From Styela clava (taxonomy: Eukaryota), in contig NC_135259.1 of the NCBI RefSeq assembly GCF_964204865.1, positions 7,688,001 through 7,752,000 of the forward strand: DNA of 64,000 bases. Reading direction: 5' to 3'. The translations under genes were made by a program, and so were the position numbers. The notes beneath the pieces are model-generated. The model did no database searches and had not been told where the DNA came from. It was given only the letters and a program-made list of their open reading frames with translations. Positions within the stretch are counted from its first letter, which is position 1; every line of letters starts with the position of its first letter. This document shows, one piece after another, positions 1 through 13,947 of this stretch.

Positions 1-1626
1 GATACTTGTTATTGATGTTTGTAGGCCGTCCTTATAAATATTGCTGCCTTCTAAGATCAGTGATGACGGACTCGTTCTTGTATCAATTTGCTTTTGCTTC
101 CTACATGAGAAAGAAGGTAGTGGTGGGGATGCATCAACGGGATAGAAGAGTAGACCACTAACAATCATGTTGCCGAAGAAACCTGAAGTTATTAACATAA
201 CCCCTCTCCACGAATATGGTTCAATTAGTGCTTCAAAATACAATGGAAATACAAAGCTTGCTATTCCAAATGCGCTTGATATCAAGCCAAATGCAAGAGC
301 TTTTTCGTCAAGGAAATGTTCAATAACAGCGTTGATATATGAAGTAAGACAGAAACAAAATCCCAGACCTTAAAATGAACAATATTGATTCACGCCACAG
401 TGTTAGCTTAATGGAAGGTAATAAGATAATGTTGAATATTATAATCGACTTTGAAAGAAGTGATTCATCGAAACATTGCCATTTGCGAGATGTAACGCTT
501 CATGCAAAACTTACTGCCAAATCAAGTCTGGATCAATAACGAGTTCAACATTCAAACACAATTATTGAAATCTATTGATATGCGATTTATGTCAGCTTTA
601 ATATATTTGAGCTGCTTTAAATTAAACGTATTATTGCAAAATAAACAAATATATATATATTGAATTCTCACCTCCTAAAATACTATACGTAAAAAATAAT
701 TGAGATAATGTTTGTGCAAACGAGGAAGTTGCAAATGCCGTCATCATCATGATTCCTCCAATGACATGAGTCCATCTATATCCCAATTTTTCAACACAAA
801 AACAACCGAAGGGACCTTTGAATTTAAAATAATTGAAATTTTGATATTGATGAGTGCGACTGCTAGATTCTTCACTAAATAAATTCCACAATTAAGCTGG
901 GTTACTGGTAGTTTTTCCGCTTACATTCTCATACTATCAACATATAAAGCTGTGACATAATGTACATTGCGCAGTGTATATGCCGTTAACAAGACCAACA
1001 AGTTGAATTAATAAAGTTCCGTTCATTTGCCACGTGTAATTAAATATCAGCTCTAATACTATGGCTGGATATTACTTCACATAGTTCATAGTGTTTTTTT
1101 GAGTAGAGTCCAAGTTTAGTGATTATAAAGCTAGAAATCCGGAGATCTTACAGAACGTTTTTGAATTACGGCCGGATGACACAACTACTCGAGCTAATAT
1201 TTACCTTATCCGTCAAGTCGTTCTTCATGACACAAAAGCATGACACGTTGTATTACTAATCTGTATTAAATTCAAGTTCAAGTATTTCAAATGTTTTACA
1301 AATACGGAAAATAGGTTTGAATATACCTCTAATCAAGTCATGCCTGGAATGGGTTACGCACAGCATGGTTATCTGTTTTGAACACAATCAATTAAATATT
1401 TATTCGGTGGGGGAAGTGAATATATCCAACCATACACACTTGCAATTGAAGCTATCGCTGGTCCCGCACTTGAAACGGCCGCTACAGAAGCAGTTGTTGC
1501 TGAAAATTCGTCTATCCAATACAATACAAATGTTCCAAAGGCATAGTAAAATATTGAAATACATATCGCTGATACGAAGCAAGCGATTAAAACTACCCAT
1601 CGCCATCTTGAACCGGAATCAGTCAT
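1..1626 (-). CDS. SLC16/monocarboxylate transporter (MFS) family gene, copy A; 5' part, runs off the left window edge
   Basis: Exons 1626-1440, 815-672 and 368-<1 join in frame via GT-AG introns. N-terminus MTDSGSRWRWVVLIACF matches the SLC16 DGGWGWVV motif. Highly similar to copy B exon by exon. Confidence 0.9.
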
Positions 1627-4600
1627 ATAAAAATTTTGTAACCTGACATAATAACCTGAAATATAACTATGTTACTTCATATTAGTTTGTATCGGTGGTT
1701 TTGCAGTATTTTTATCTTATCAACAGAGAACTGAATTTTTGTATTGAACTCAAACAATATCAGCACAAAATTATAAAAATAAATGATATTTCCGACCTGG
1801 ACGGAAAATATCACGGAACAAGGAAATGCGTCTTCCGTGCACAGTTTATGATTTACCTCTGGCCTTCACTTTTCTTAAATAATTCTGAAATAATTTTTGA
1901 CCGTCGATGTTTTTCCACCTACTGTCTTGGGTCGAAAACATTACTTACTTGTTAGCGTTGCATTCTGTTCATGTGGGCTTTCCCCTTCGGCTGACCAAAT
2001 TTATACACTAAACAGCTCAGAGCTGAATCTGTAACTTGATTTGTGAGTATACATTGAACCTATAAGAGCTTCGAAAGCATATAAAAATGTGACCTAATGA
2101 TTCAATTCTAGCAGAGAAGATGTTTAAAATGTTAATTTTAAAGTATAATTTAAAATAATCGCTTCTTAGTAAATAACTAAATACAAAATCAACCTGTACT
2201 TCCATTTATAATACACAGCACTCACTTATACCCTCTCTAATGTAAGATTTCGATCATCTACACAATGTTCTGCCAGTACTAATGCAAATGTTTACTATTT
2301 CCCCATTTGTCAATGCAAACATCAAGAGCTTTATATTTACACAGCATCCTTGGTCTCGTTAGGTACGAATCATTCCAAGTCAAGTTAGTTTAAAAATTAA
2401 TTTACCTGAATTGGCAAAAGAAAAAAAAAAGCAATATTTCCATTTCACATTTTGTAAGATCGGACTGAAATATACAAACACATTGCATTGTATTTATACA
2501 ATGTACTTTATTTTTATACAACCAATTATACATTGTACGATAATAAATCAGTTGCATTTAATTAAAACCTTTTTTTTCAGAAAAACAAATAAAAATATTC
2601 ACACAGTAAAATCTTCTAATAGCCTCCGAACGAAAATTGCGGAAGAGTTTTTATTGAAAATATTAACATGTTGTACAGCGGTTGTTCTCAACCTTTTATG
2701 GCTCGTGGCCTCATTCCGGCATCTTTTAGCACCCGTGGCTCTCCATCATTCAAAAACTAGACGTGTTCGAGTCTATTATATATTTAAAACATTTTATGGA
2801 GTGCAAAAACAAAACCACGGGGAAGAAAATTAAAGCTTTCGGTATACTAGCTTGGAACTGTCTGACGAGGTTTCTTATATTAGGCACCGTTTTTGATACC
2901 AGACGAACGTCACTGTCAACATCAAGACGTTTCTAGATTTTGTTTTGATGGTGACAAGATCAGAAAAAACAGATTCTCACAGATAGGTTGTGGGAAACAT
3001 TAACCCACACTCGTAATTCTGATTTTATTTCTCTCACATACTAAGTCATATTTGTATCAACGACGTTGTAAACATGTATATATACAACATGGTGAGTGTA
3101 ACTAAGCAAACACAACATATGTTTGAATAGCACGTTTATTCGAAGCTTGCATTCGAGTGAAAGCTATTCAAATGACATTCTACGAGCATTCTTTGAAATA
3201 TCAACTAATCTCATTGGTTGTCTGTAAATGCCACAGGCATTAGAACTACTCGCGAAGATAATTCAAAAAATCGAGAAGTCTTGATCTATGACGATCTATG
3301 AACACAATGTCTGTGAAAAAGATGGAACTTGAATCGAAAAAGTTAACAAAAGAAATACGTAAGACAGCCTACAATGTTGTTACGTATCATAGATATCAGT
3401 GCGCCGTGACAGATAGTTCGGAAGAGCGGCTCCTCTCATACTACAAAAATGCTGAACCCGACAAGAAAACGTATTAAGATATCGCAATCGTGGGAGTAAG
3501 ATGAAGTCGAAATGCAAGTACGCCACCCCATCAGAATCATAACAAAAAGAACAAATGTATCTTTCTTCCAAAATTTTCGCAAAAAAAAATTTATTCTACG
3601 CGTAATGATGATGCATTCATTACTCGGATCTAGGGGGATAGATCTATAGCTTATTTGTCGATTTATTTTTGAGAGACATTGTTCAACTCAGGGATTCCCA
3701 ACCTTGGGAACATTTTTAAGCAATGAAGCACATGAGCAAATGTGACTGTTGATCAAGAGCAGATTGCGAAGTATACTCTATGACGTTCTCACTTCAAAAC
3801 AGTGTCTATCCCAGCACCAGTTTTTGTATTTCACTTACAGCACCTTGGAATATCTATCCACAGTTGAGGGGATGAATTTTATTCATGAAATTTCACGAAG
3901 TGTGAAAGGGAGAATAAAAGTTGAAAACCTTTGAACTGTACAATTGTTAATTCCATCATATTTGTCTGTGTATCCTAAAGAAGAATCATTATTTTCAGAA
4001 GTTTAATTACTTTAATTGGTAGTCGAATGTAAAACAAGGCAAAACTAAAAGTTACCGTTTTTGTGTGAAACTAAAGAGTAATAAACTATATGGTGAGTAA
4101 CAGCATTAGCTTTTTTATTTTGAGTAATACACATTGTGGATTGCATCATAGTTTACTGAATATAGTTCGCTCACGACCGGTTCGCTACGCATGAGTGATG
4201 CGTTTTACGTCATCAGTTTGCTATATTTTGAAGCTTACGGAAGAGGATTTCCGTTCGAGTTTATTTGCGTATTTGGAAAGGTTTTGTTGGTTGAAATAAA
4301 TGAAAATATATACTGTGGCATTAGGATAAGGTAGGGGGTCATGACATCTGCCAGTCATCTCTGCTTCGGTACCATACGTTATCAAAGTGGAGTAGGGGCA
4401 GAGTATTTCTACTGTTCTGTGATTATATTTTTTGAATAATAAAGGTTTATACCAGGATTATAGCACAAAAGTAAGAATTCAGAACCTCCCAGGTATGGAT
4501 GGACGATATAAAATGCCGAATCTGGGGGATTCGAATCCCTAGAACTCGGTTTTCGCCTCTTCGGCGCCTGTATCAATTTTTGCATTTTGGATTTATAATT

Positions 4601-5401
4601 TATTAATCAGGGACGAGCGGTATTTTTTTGCGACGAAGTCGGTCTCGTGTTATTATACTTGTGTTTCTCCCAAAGAGTCCCCAAAAGCGTTTGCGTCAGA
4701 CATCAAACACCGTGACCTCAGCTTGAATATACAGAAAGCAAAGACGGCGTTATTGCGCCATTTTATTATTGGTGCCGACTGCCATCTTACAGGCGATTTT
4801 CCGATTGCAACAATCTTGATTTTTTTGAATAGTGAAACATTCCTTATTTTGAATTGAATAACCCTCGAGTTCTCCCGGAAAATGATGAGTACCCGACGTT
4901 GAATGATAAAACATTATTTGCGATAAAATTAGATCAAATTCTACTTTTCACTACACCCGGTTTCCGAAAATACGAAGTTATAACGCAAAGCAATGCGTTT
5001 TGTTACATTTATTTAGCGCTCCCAATAAAATACATATGTCTTGGATTTCGAGTCGCTGATAAATCCGTTCCTATCGTCCGAGCGCGGCACACGCCTGGTC
5101 GAGTGTCGGGCGGTATTCTAGTGAACGATAAATTAAAATAGTTGCCATACATGGTATGTATAACGACGATGAATGGAAATTGATAATTTGGTAACAGTAA
5201 TGAATTTGTCTCAAGATGTTATTTTATAAATTTTCCTCGCAGAAGCAATCGATTTCTGTCAAAGCACAAGACATTCAAACAATATATAACGAAATCATAT
5301 CAGTCCGATAATCTACATCCCCATTAAACATCGACATGTTCGACATTTCTTGAACATCTCTGAACTTTTGCTGTTAGATTCTGGATCAATGAATTGCGCA
5401 A

Positions 5402-8400
5402 TTAAAAATTCAAAAGTTTTATTTGTCCTGTTAACCATAATCCAATGGGCAGAATAAATGATCCAACGAGTAAGGATGATCCGGCAAAAATAAAAGTCCA
5501 TACGCTGGAACCTGTTACATCAAAGAGTATTCCTCCAATAATTGGACCCGTGACAGCACCAATTCCATGCATAACTTCCAGATAGCCGTACGCAATATTA
5601 AAAAAATCAGATCCTGTCGAGAAAATATAGTTGTGAATTATGAAATAAAAGTATAAATTCTAATATTATTATCAATTACTGAGATATATAATTGTTTGGT
5701 GTAATTTTCCTAAAACATTTCATAACGGCTCCAACGCGGCTTACAACAGATTGAGAATGTGATATACCTTAATGATAACTATTAAGTTATGATTTGTGTG
5801 TTGACAAAAGAGTATTGTATTCACAAAAGAGGCAGCGTGTTAAACGTTAAAATCAAGCGCAGATCGCTCTGTAAGGTAAAATGAATATCTTTTTCGCTTC
5901 ACTTCCAAATAGTTTTTAACTTACCAAAAATTTCATACACCACAACTGGATAGTGAGTCAATCCTGCAAGCATAGCACCCCAGCAGAGGCCGTAAACAAT
6001 TTGCATGGGGAATGATTTGGCAAATACGGAAAGTAAAGTTAAAACTCCAGCAAAGCTGAAGCATGAGAAATACACATTGTATGTTTTAACAACCTTCCAT
6101 CTCGATAGTAGACCATACAATATACGAAATATTGCGCTGATTCCAAACGTTGAAACTATCTGAGCAGCTGAAAATATAAATTAATCGGCATAATTCGACA
6201 TTCACAACATGATTTCAAACGGGAAAAAAGTAGGTGAAATAATGAAAAGTTTTCGGAGTGATACGTTGTAATTCAGAAATGAAACAATTTATCCAATTAT
6301 GATAAATTAGATGCATAAGTCTCATATATTTACATATAAGCAAACGTGATTTCCCAACAACCCAGCTGAAAACAAATAAGAAAAGAAAATGATAATATTG
6401 GTTCAACCTCACCTTGCTCTTCTGTTAGATTTAAATCGTACGATGCCCTGGCTGTTGTCAAACTGAGAACGACAAAAATGCCCACATACAAAAGCGTATT
6501 ATGAATAACCATCAAATAAAACGACCAGCTGCATATCAATATCTTAGTTACGTGATAGTATGATAATTTTTCATCTACGTTTGTTAAGTCACAACAATTC
6601 TTTTTATTATCTTGTATTGCCTGTGACTGGTCAGCGTTGAAGATACCGTTCGTGTGTTTATGGCTCATGGCATCTATTGGTATGGTTGACCTGCTTTCGT
6701 TGGCAAGAAGGATACTTGTTATCGATGTTTGTTGGCCGTCCTTATAAGTATTGTTGTCTTCTAAGATCAGCGATGACGGAGTCGTTATTGTATCAATTTG
6801 CTTTTGCTTCCTACACGAGAAAGAAGGTAGTGATGGATATGCATCAACGGGATAGAGGAGTAGACCACCTACAATCATGTTGCCGAAGAAACCTGAAGTT
6901 ATTAACATAACCCCTCTCCAAGAATATTGTCCAATTAGTGCTTCAAAATACAATGGAAATACAAAGCTTGCTATTCCAAAGGCACTCGTTATTAAGCCAA
7001 ATCCAAGAGCTTTTTGGTCACGGAAATGATCAACAACAGCGTTGATATATGAAGTAATACAGAAGCAACACCCCAGTCCTAAAAAGAATGATATTGAATC
7101 ACGTCACAATGTTTGTGTATTGGAAGAAAAAAGATAATGGTAATGAGACTAAATTTATTATTAATATATAGATTTTGATAGTAGTTTTATTCAAAACGTT
7201 TCGATTCCTGAGATGTCATGCTTCACGCAAAAATAAAATTTTACATCTGACAATAACTTATCCCATGGAATCAGTTTTCGTTCCACATCAAAACACAAAT
7301 ATTCAAATCTATTAGTATGCATTTCATGTCTAGTTTAGTATATTTGATCGTTTTCATAATAAACAAATTACTGCAATACGAACGAATATATATTGGATTC
7401 TCACCTCCTAAAATGCTATACGTAAAAAACAATTGAGATAATGTTTGTGCAAACGAGGACGTTGTAAATGCTGTCATCATCAGAATTCCTCCAATGACAT
7501 GAGTCCATCTATATCCCAATTTTTCAACACAAAAACAACCGACCGGACCTATGAATTTGAAATAATTAAAAATTTTCTACTGATGAGTGCAGGTCGCTAG
7601 ATTCTTCAATAAATTGAATTCTATAACTTAGCTCGGTTACTGGTAGTTTATCTACGTACATTCTCATACTATCAACAAGTACGTTGTGACATAAGATAAA
7701 CCGAGTGGTGTATATGTTGTTAATAGAAAATGTACTAACAAGACCAATATTTTGAATTAATAAACCTTCGTTCATTTGCCATGTGTAATTAAAAATCAGC
7801 TCTGGTCCGTAGCCGGTTATTGTACTTCAAATGGTTTATAGTGTTTTTTGAGTTGAGTCCAAGTTTAGTCAATTTCAAGCTAGAAATCCACATATCATAC
7901 AGAACGGTTGTGAACTACGGCCTGATGACACAATAACTACTCGAGCTCATGTTCACGGTATCCGTCAAGTCGTTTTTCATGACACAAAACATGCGGTGTT
8001 GTATTACAAATAGGATAGGATTTACATATTTATCCAGGCGGAGAGGAAAGCCGATAAGACGACTTAACCATATGGCGAACGACGGCCTCTCGTCCAGTTA
8101 CCATTCCATGTCGGGTATGGGATTAGTTAGTTATTTGTTTTTCATATATGGACTTGGTGGTGGAGGAAGCCGTAACCGACCAGCGGTTACGTGAACCACC
8201 CTACGGCGGCGAGGAGTCCAGCAATCCTCTCGCACATAACCATCCCTGCATGGGATTACCGCTTAGCACGATGAGCCGCACTGTATTAAATTCAATTTCA
8301 AACGTTTTTACAAATGAGAAAAATGGGTTTGAATAATATACCTCTAATCAAGTCACGTCTGGAGTGGGTTAGGCACAACGTGGTTATCTGTTTTAAACAC

Positions 8401-8638
8401 AATTAAATATTTATCCAGTGGAAAAAAGTGAATATACTCGACCATACACACTTGCAATTGAAGCTATCGCTGCTCCCGAACTTGAAACGGCTGCTACGGA
8501 AGCAGTTGTTGCTGAAAATTCGTCTATCCAATACAATACAAATGTTCCAAAGGCATAGTAAAAGATTGAAATACATATCGCTGATACGAAGCAAGCGATT
8601 AAAACCACCCATCGCCATCCTGAACCGGAATCAGTCAT
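5402..8638 (-). CDS. SLC16/monocarboxylate transporter family gene, copy B; complete, 5 coding exons, 483 aa
   Basis: Exons 8638-8452, 7548-7405, 7078-6413, 6167-5925, 5613-5402 (187+144+666+243+212=1452 nt), all GT-AG and phase-consistent. Motifs DSGSGWRWVV, YSWRGVMLI, GPIIGGILFD, and a large central cytoplasmic loop. Confidence 0.92.
8012..8280 (-). mobile_element. tRNA-derived SINE fragment in intron 1 of MCT copy B
   Basis: Absent at the homologous position of copy A (gtattactaat|ctgtattaaa). Homologous to the SINE at 43190-43700, which has a B-box. Confidence 0.7.
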
Positions 8639-9714
8639 AAAATTTTTGTACTCAAATCTGAAAAGTTATTGCATTATACTATAAACCAAAGTAAATTTTA
8701 GGTGAGTATTAAGTTATGGAAAGAAGATTGCTACTAATGAAGTTTTTCAGCATGCTGGGTCTCTTTTCATGCTACGTTCGCATAATAACCTGACATACCC
8801 CCTTATTACATAACCAATTTGTTAGTCTTGGTTTTGCAGTATTTTCATCTTACTAAAGGAGTCACGAACTACATTTTTGTATTGAACTCAAACAATATAT
8901 AAATAAGATTAAAAAAATGGAAATTTCCGATGCGGAGAAAAATAGAATGAAAAAAGGCAAAGCGGCGTCCGTGTACCGAAATTTGTGACTGACTTTCGGC
9001 TTTCATCTATCTTGATTAATTCTGAAAATAGTTTTTAACCGTCGATGTTTTTTCACCTACTGTCTTTGGTCGAAAACTTCTTCCTGTGGACTTTACTTTC
9101 CTCTAACCAATTATACGCTAAACAGCTAGCTCATGGCTGAAACTGTAACTTGCACCGGAGTTACCGACCGGTATAAATATATTGACCCTATAAGAGCTAC
9201 AACAGCATATATAAATGTGATCTAACGATCCAATTCGAGCAAAGCAGTTGTTTTAAATGTTGATTTTAACGTATAATTTGAAATAATCGTTCCGTAGTAC
9301 TAACTGATACAAACTTAATCTGTACTTTCACAATACAGAACACTCATCTACTCTCTTTAATCTGAAACGATTTCAATCATCCACAGAATGCCCATACTAA
9401 CGCAAATGTTTACTATGACACCACTTGACAATGTAAACACCGAAAGATGTATATTTACACAGTATCATGGGTCGCGTTAGGTACGAATAATTCAAATTCA
9501 ATTATTTCAAGATTGCTTTTACTCAAATAGGTAAAAGAAGAAAGACAATCGCAATATTTCTATTTTACACATAAAGTTAGACCGAAATTCACTTATATTT
9601 ATATATACCAAATGTATTCATATATGAATATATATGAATTTCATATATGTTATGCATTATATTTTTTTCACCGAATATAATAAATTGTAACATATATTAT
9701 TAAATTCGTTACAT

Positions 9715-9904
9715 TTAATACAACCAAACACTTCTGACAGCTTAATACAGCCAAATATACTCCTGTCAGCTTAATACAACCAAATACGCATGTCATCTTA
9801 ATACAACCAAATACCCTTGTCATCTTAGTGTGACCAAAAACCCTGTCATCTCAAAACAACAAAATACCCTTGTCATCTTAATACAACCAAATACCCTGTC
9901 ATCT
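9715..9904. repeat. Minisatellite, ~27-bp unit x7 (ttaatacaaccaaatacccttgtcatc)
   Basis: Seven degenerate tandem copies read directly. Absent from the paralogous upstream regions of copies A and C. Confidence 0.9.
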
Positions 9905-10010
9905 TAAAAAGATCGTTCTTATTCTGGGAAAACAAATAAAAATATTCACACAGAAAAATATTCTATATTCTTTCAAACAAAAATTTCAGACGAACCTTCC
10001 TAGACATTAA

Positions 10011-10248
10011 CTCTCTTCCAGCTCTGGACCCATTTTATTTTACATGGGTATTTTCAAAATTATTTTTTTTGTCAACCATTAAGCCCTAAAGCTTCACTCA
10101 TGACTTTTTAAAAGCGTGTGCTAGAGTTCTATTCAGCAATATATCTTTAAAACACACTCCTCCGAAAAAAAAAATTTTATGCAAAAAAAATTTCAAAAAT
10201 TTCTAAAAAAAAAATTGGACCTTGAGAAATTCTGTGTACAGTAGAGGG
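10011..10248. mobile_element. Putative piggyBac-like MITE
   Basis: Flanked by TTAA on both sides (10007-10010, 10249-10252). Degenerate termini CTCTCTT.../...TAGAGGG. Begins at a TTAA where the paralogous copies continue uninterrupted. Confidence 0.45.
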
Positions 10249-10681
10249 TTAATAATTAATTCCTAATTAATTAATTTTTTCTTCAACGTTTTCGTCAAGT
10301 TTTTCCTAACGTAACAATACCAAAACGACTATTTTAGCATAAATGGTTATTACTCTGAAATTCACAATTGTATTTACAGTATTATCAAGTTCAACGCTTC
10401 AATTACCGATTTTGATGACGTCACAGCACTTATTATCACTGCACAGACCACCCCCAATGCAAAAAAATTGAATTTTTTCGACAGAAATGCGCGTAGAACG
10501 ACGTAAACGATCCCATACGCGCATTTACGCTTAAAATTACCATTAATTTTACGTTTTTTTTACATACAAAAAATCTCCACACCTCTGCCAACTATGAGGC
10601 AGTCGAAATCATATTTATCGAAACAACACAGCGCCAAGGATGGTCAGGAATGATATGTATGACTGAAAATACATGCTAAAC

Positions 10682-11275
10682 CAGTGGTTTCCAAACTTTT
10701 TAGAGTTGGGACCCACTATCTATTTCCACAGCTTATGGCGACCCACTTAACTTTAATTTAATTTTGTTTTTATATGACATAACACAGAACACAGCAATGT
10801 CACTTGATTTTTGTATAGGAAATAAAAACAATGGATGTCGGTTTTTATATAGTGTTTAGTAAAAAATCTTGTGATTTTCTACAATGTAATTTTATTTTTG
10901 ATAAATGAATACAAAAGACCTCTTCCAAAAAAAACATAGTGTTATTCTTCAAAAGAAAATAAATCTAAATCCTGTTCAAATTTCTGGGAAACACGGTAAG
11001 AAGTGCTGTACAGTGTACAAAACTGCTATGCGTAAAAAAGCCACATGGTCATTCTTGTGTAGCAAATTTTTGTTCCTTTGAGAAGATCGTAAAAAGGAAA
11101 CTTTCACAGATTATAATTAAAATTATTTTGTTTTTTTGAAGATTTACGCATTCGAGTCGCCACCGATCCTAATAACCAGTATATTTGACCAAAGCTCCCT
11201 ACATCTTTTCTCGACCCACTAAGATTCATTTTGCGACCCACCAGTGGGTCGCGACCCATAGTTTGGGAACCGCTG
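10682..11275. mobile_element. hAT (Buster/Charlie-type) MITE
   Basis: Termini CAGTGGTTTCCAAAC...GTTTGGGAACCGCTG with perfect 8-bp TSD TGCTAAAC. Same family as 20638-21449. Confidence 0.9.
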
Positions 11276-12444
11276 TGCTAAACCAATAAGAAGTCATTAT
11301 AAAGGAGTATTTCCTGTCTGAGCTGAGTCGACATTTTCAGACGTCTGACAGGCGATTTTAAAATCCACGCTATTTATAGTTTCGCACTTTGCGTCACGGC
11401 TGTAAGGTTTTATCGCTTCTCTCATATCAGGGCATTAGGTCAATAAACAGCTAAGAGCGATATTAACAGCAGTTTACCGATCGCAAACGTGAATATAAAT
11501 TTCATCTCATATGAGCTTACCCGCTGGATACAGAATAAAATACTTTATGCAAATTTACTCAATAACTCTTGGACTAAATATTGATAAAAGGTTGTATAAA
11601 AAACACTTCAAAAGTAGGTAAAGAGGCAGAGACACATTCCTCACTTGTCTTATATATTTAAGTGCTATAAATGGTGCTATCATTTGCGGAACGTGGACAA
11701 AACACTATGATTTTTCACTATGTCTTTTTATGATTTATTCATTAACAATGTAGTGTACAAACTGAATGAAACATTGCCTTTAAATTTCGAGTTTTATGAT
11801 TTGATTATACGCAAAAAGTGATGGGTCTATCAACTGCCATTTTGCGTATCTTTTTGGGGTTAGTTGTATTTTGACCTTTTTTTTCTTTTTCGCCTGAAAA
11901 CATAGTTCATGTTTGCAAGTTGATACCGAGTTGCGACATCTTGCACATTAACCTTTCTCGCGATTTTAGCTTGATTTTAGTTCGTAAAATATGATTCGCG
12001 CTTTTTGTACGTTTATATGTAAATTTGTTTGCTATTGACAGTCATTTCCATCCCTTTATATTCGCACCAGTTTAAAATAATGGGACTATCTATCTTTTTG
12101 TTTCAAATGCTATTCTATAATATCAATTTTGTGTAACCAATCACACTACTACCGGTTAGAGATGAACCGCCGCCCTCATCGCTTTTAATTAAAGTGAGCA
12201 TTTGATAAGTTCAGGAAATTTGTGATCTTTACGAAGATTTTGCCACATCTTACACAATATCGCGATGATCAAACACAATTGAACGATAGAATTAGTACTC
12301 TGGCACAATTGATAACACTAATAACACACACGAAAGTATTTCTTCAATACAGTGGTTCTCAACCTTTTTGAGCCTGCCGAAATCAATGCTATTCTGCAAG
12401 CTCCCGTCAAACCCCATCGTATTGAACCGTTGACACTAGCCCGA

Positions 12445-12648
12445 TTGGAACTTCATATTGACTATGAGGGAAAGATTTCTTGTACCAAAAACAGAGGACG
12501 ACAACGCCAAAATATACCAGCAGTCTGAATAACTACCCAACGAGGAAGGAATCCCTCAACAATGAACTCATTAGGAGAACTAACAACAGGTTGGATTGAA
12601 AGGCCATGGTCGACGATGTCTGTAAAAGACCTGGTACACGAAGAAGAT
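12445..12648 (+). mobile_element. RTE-clade LINE 3' fragment
   Basis: Degenerate translation LE...EGKI...RGRQR...ELIR.T..R...MV.DV resembles the RTE ORF C-terminus, followed by a short gaa tail. Inserted within a hAT left end starting at 12350. Confidence 0.6.
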
Positions 12649-13669
12649 AAAGTTTTCGTAGCTTAGTAATATTCCCGTTTTGGGGTCGCTCGAAGATCGA
12701 CTTGAAATCGGAGTGGTAACTCAATCAAATCTTGCTTTGTCTTTCAGGGAATAAAAAGCAAAAATTTTTGAATACTTGAGGGAAGTTATGTGCTTTGCGT
12801 TTCTCCAGAACATATCTACAAATTTTGTAATGCTACAAGCCTACAAAGTATTACAAGCATTAAGAATTACTATGTTCATAGTGATTTACCAATGTCGTTT
12901 CTAAATCTAACTGCTTGAAATCTATACGTCAGACACGTGAACAAAATATTCGGATCTTTCAGAAACAGAATCTATTCAAAAATTATTTTGTAAATGATTA
13001 TGGGTCTTGGACCGGTCTATACCTAGTAGAATTCCTGACTTTTAAATCAACAAATTTTAATAATAAAGCACACTGGGAAATAAACTTTTATGCTGCCCGG
13101 GACGAGTTTCTGATAACGATGATCGTTTTATCTAACATCAAAAAAAATGAGTAAGAATGAAATGTTTGTATTATTTTCATTTCAATCATTATACTAAGAT
13201 TCAACTAACCTCTATTACTTGCCCCGCCATTTTTGTTAATTAAGTGCTGAACCTGTAAATAGGAAGGAAAATAAAAAAAAGTCAAACGTTTTATACGCGC
13301 GTAATCCCGGGACTAAAACCACGAATGGAAACCATTTGGAACATGTTGAAACGCTAACGAAACAAGTTTATAATATAGAACTTGTGTGCCACTTGCTCCC
13401 AGTTGTTTTGGCAATATGCAAACGGTTTAGCCCTTTGAATTACGGTATAATTTTATTGAATTAATGACATTTCGTCAAAGAGGTCATCCATGTTCAAGCA
13501 AGTCCGCTATTCAATTTATATTCTTCAAGAATTTTCATCTATTTCTGCAATTAGCCAATTTTGGAAGTGAATTAGCTGTGAAACTTAGATTTGATAATTT
13601 TAAATTTTTATTAAAATCTCATTTTTTCTCAAAATATGTTATTGTTGAAGTGCAAAACGATATGAAGTC

Positions 13670-13947
13670 ATTCATTTTCAAAAGTTACATTAATTCTCAA
13701 CCGGAAGTTTGCAAAGCATTTTCAGCGCTTGCAGAAAAATAATCCAAAGCATGCGGAACAAAACTTATATTTTTTAAAGATAAGAACTGTCTCTAAAACG
13801 AAAATTCCACAGCAAAGCGCTGTTTTCATTCGGGATTCCTACAAAGTGGCGTTACAAATTGCTGAGCAAAAAGCCTCACATGATAGCAGGAACGCTAGTA
13901 GAGTCATGCGCTATAAAGAGGGCAGAGTTGATTTGGGGATAGACTAG
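13670..13947 (+). pseudogene. Decayed hAT Buster-type (ZBED5/SCAND3-like) transposase fragment
   Basis: Frameshifted translation SYKVALQIA..KKPHMIAGTLVESCAIKRAELIWG resembles the Buster motif ASY.VA..IAK.KKPHTIGE.LVKPCA..MA...LG. A hAT left TIR (CAGTGGTTCTCAACC) lies at 12350. Confidence 0.7.

Noticed and set aside
5070-5122. Helitron 3' end (GC-rich stretch followed by CTAGT)
   Set aside because: The hairpin is imperfect and no 5' end or second copy is visible; insufficient support.
9715-9904. Regularly spaced ~27-bp repeats as a CRISPR-like array
   Set aside because: Units are directly adjacent with no unique spacers, there are no cas genes, and the context is eukaryotic; it is a minisatellite.
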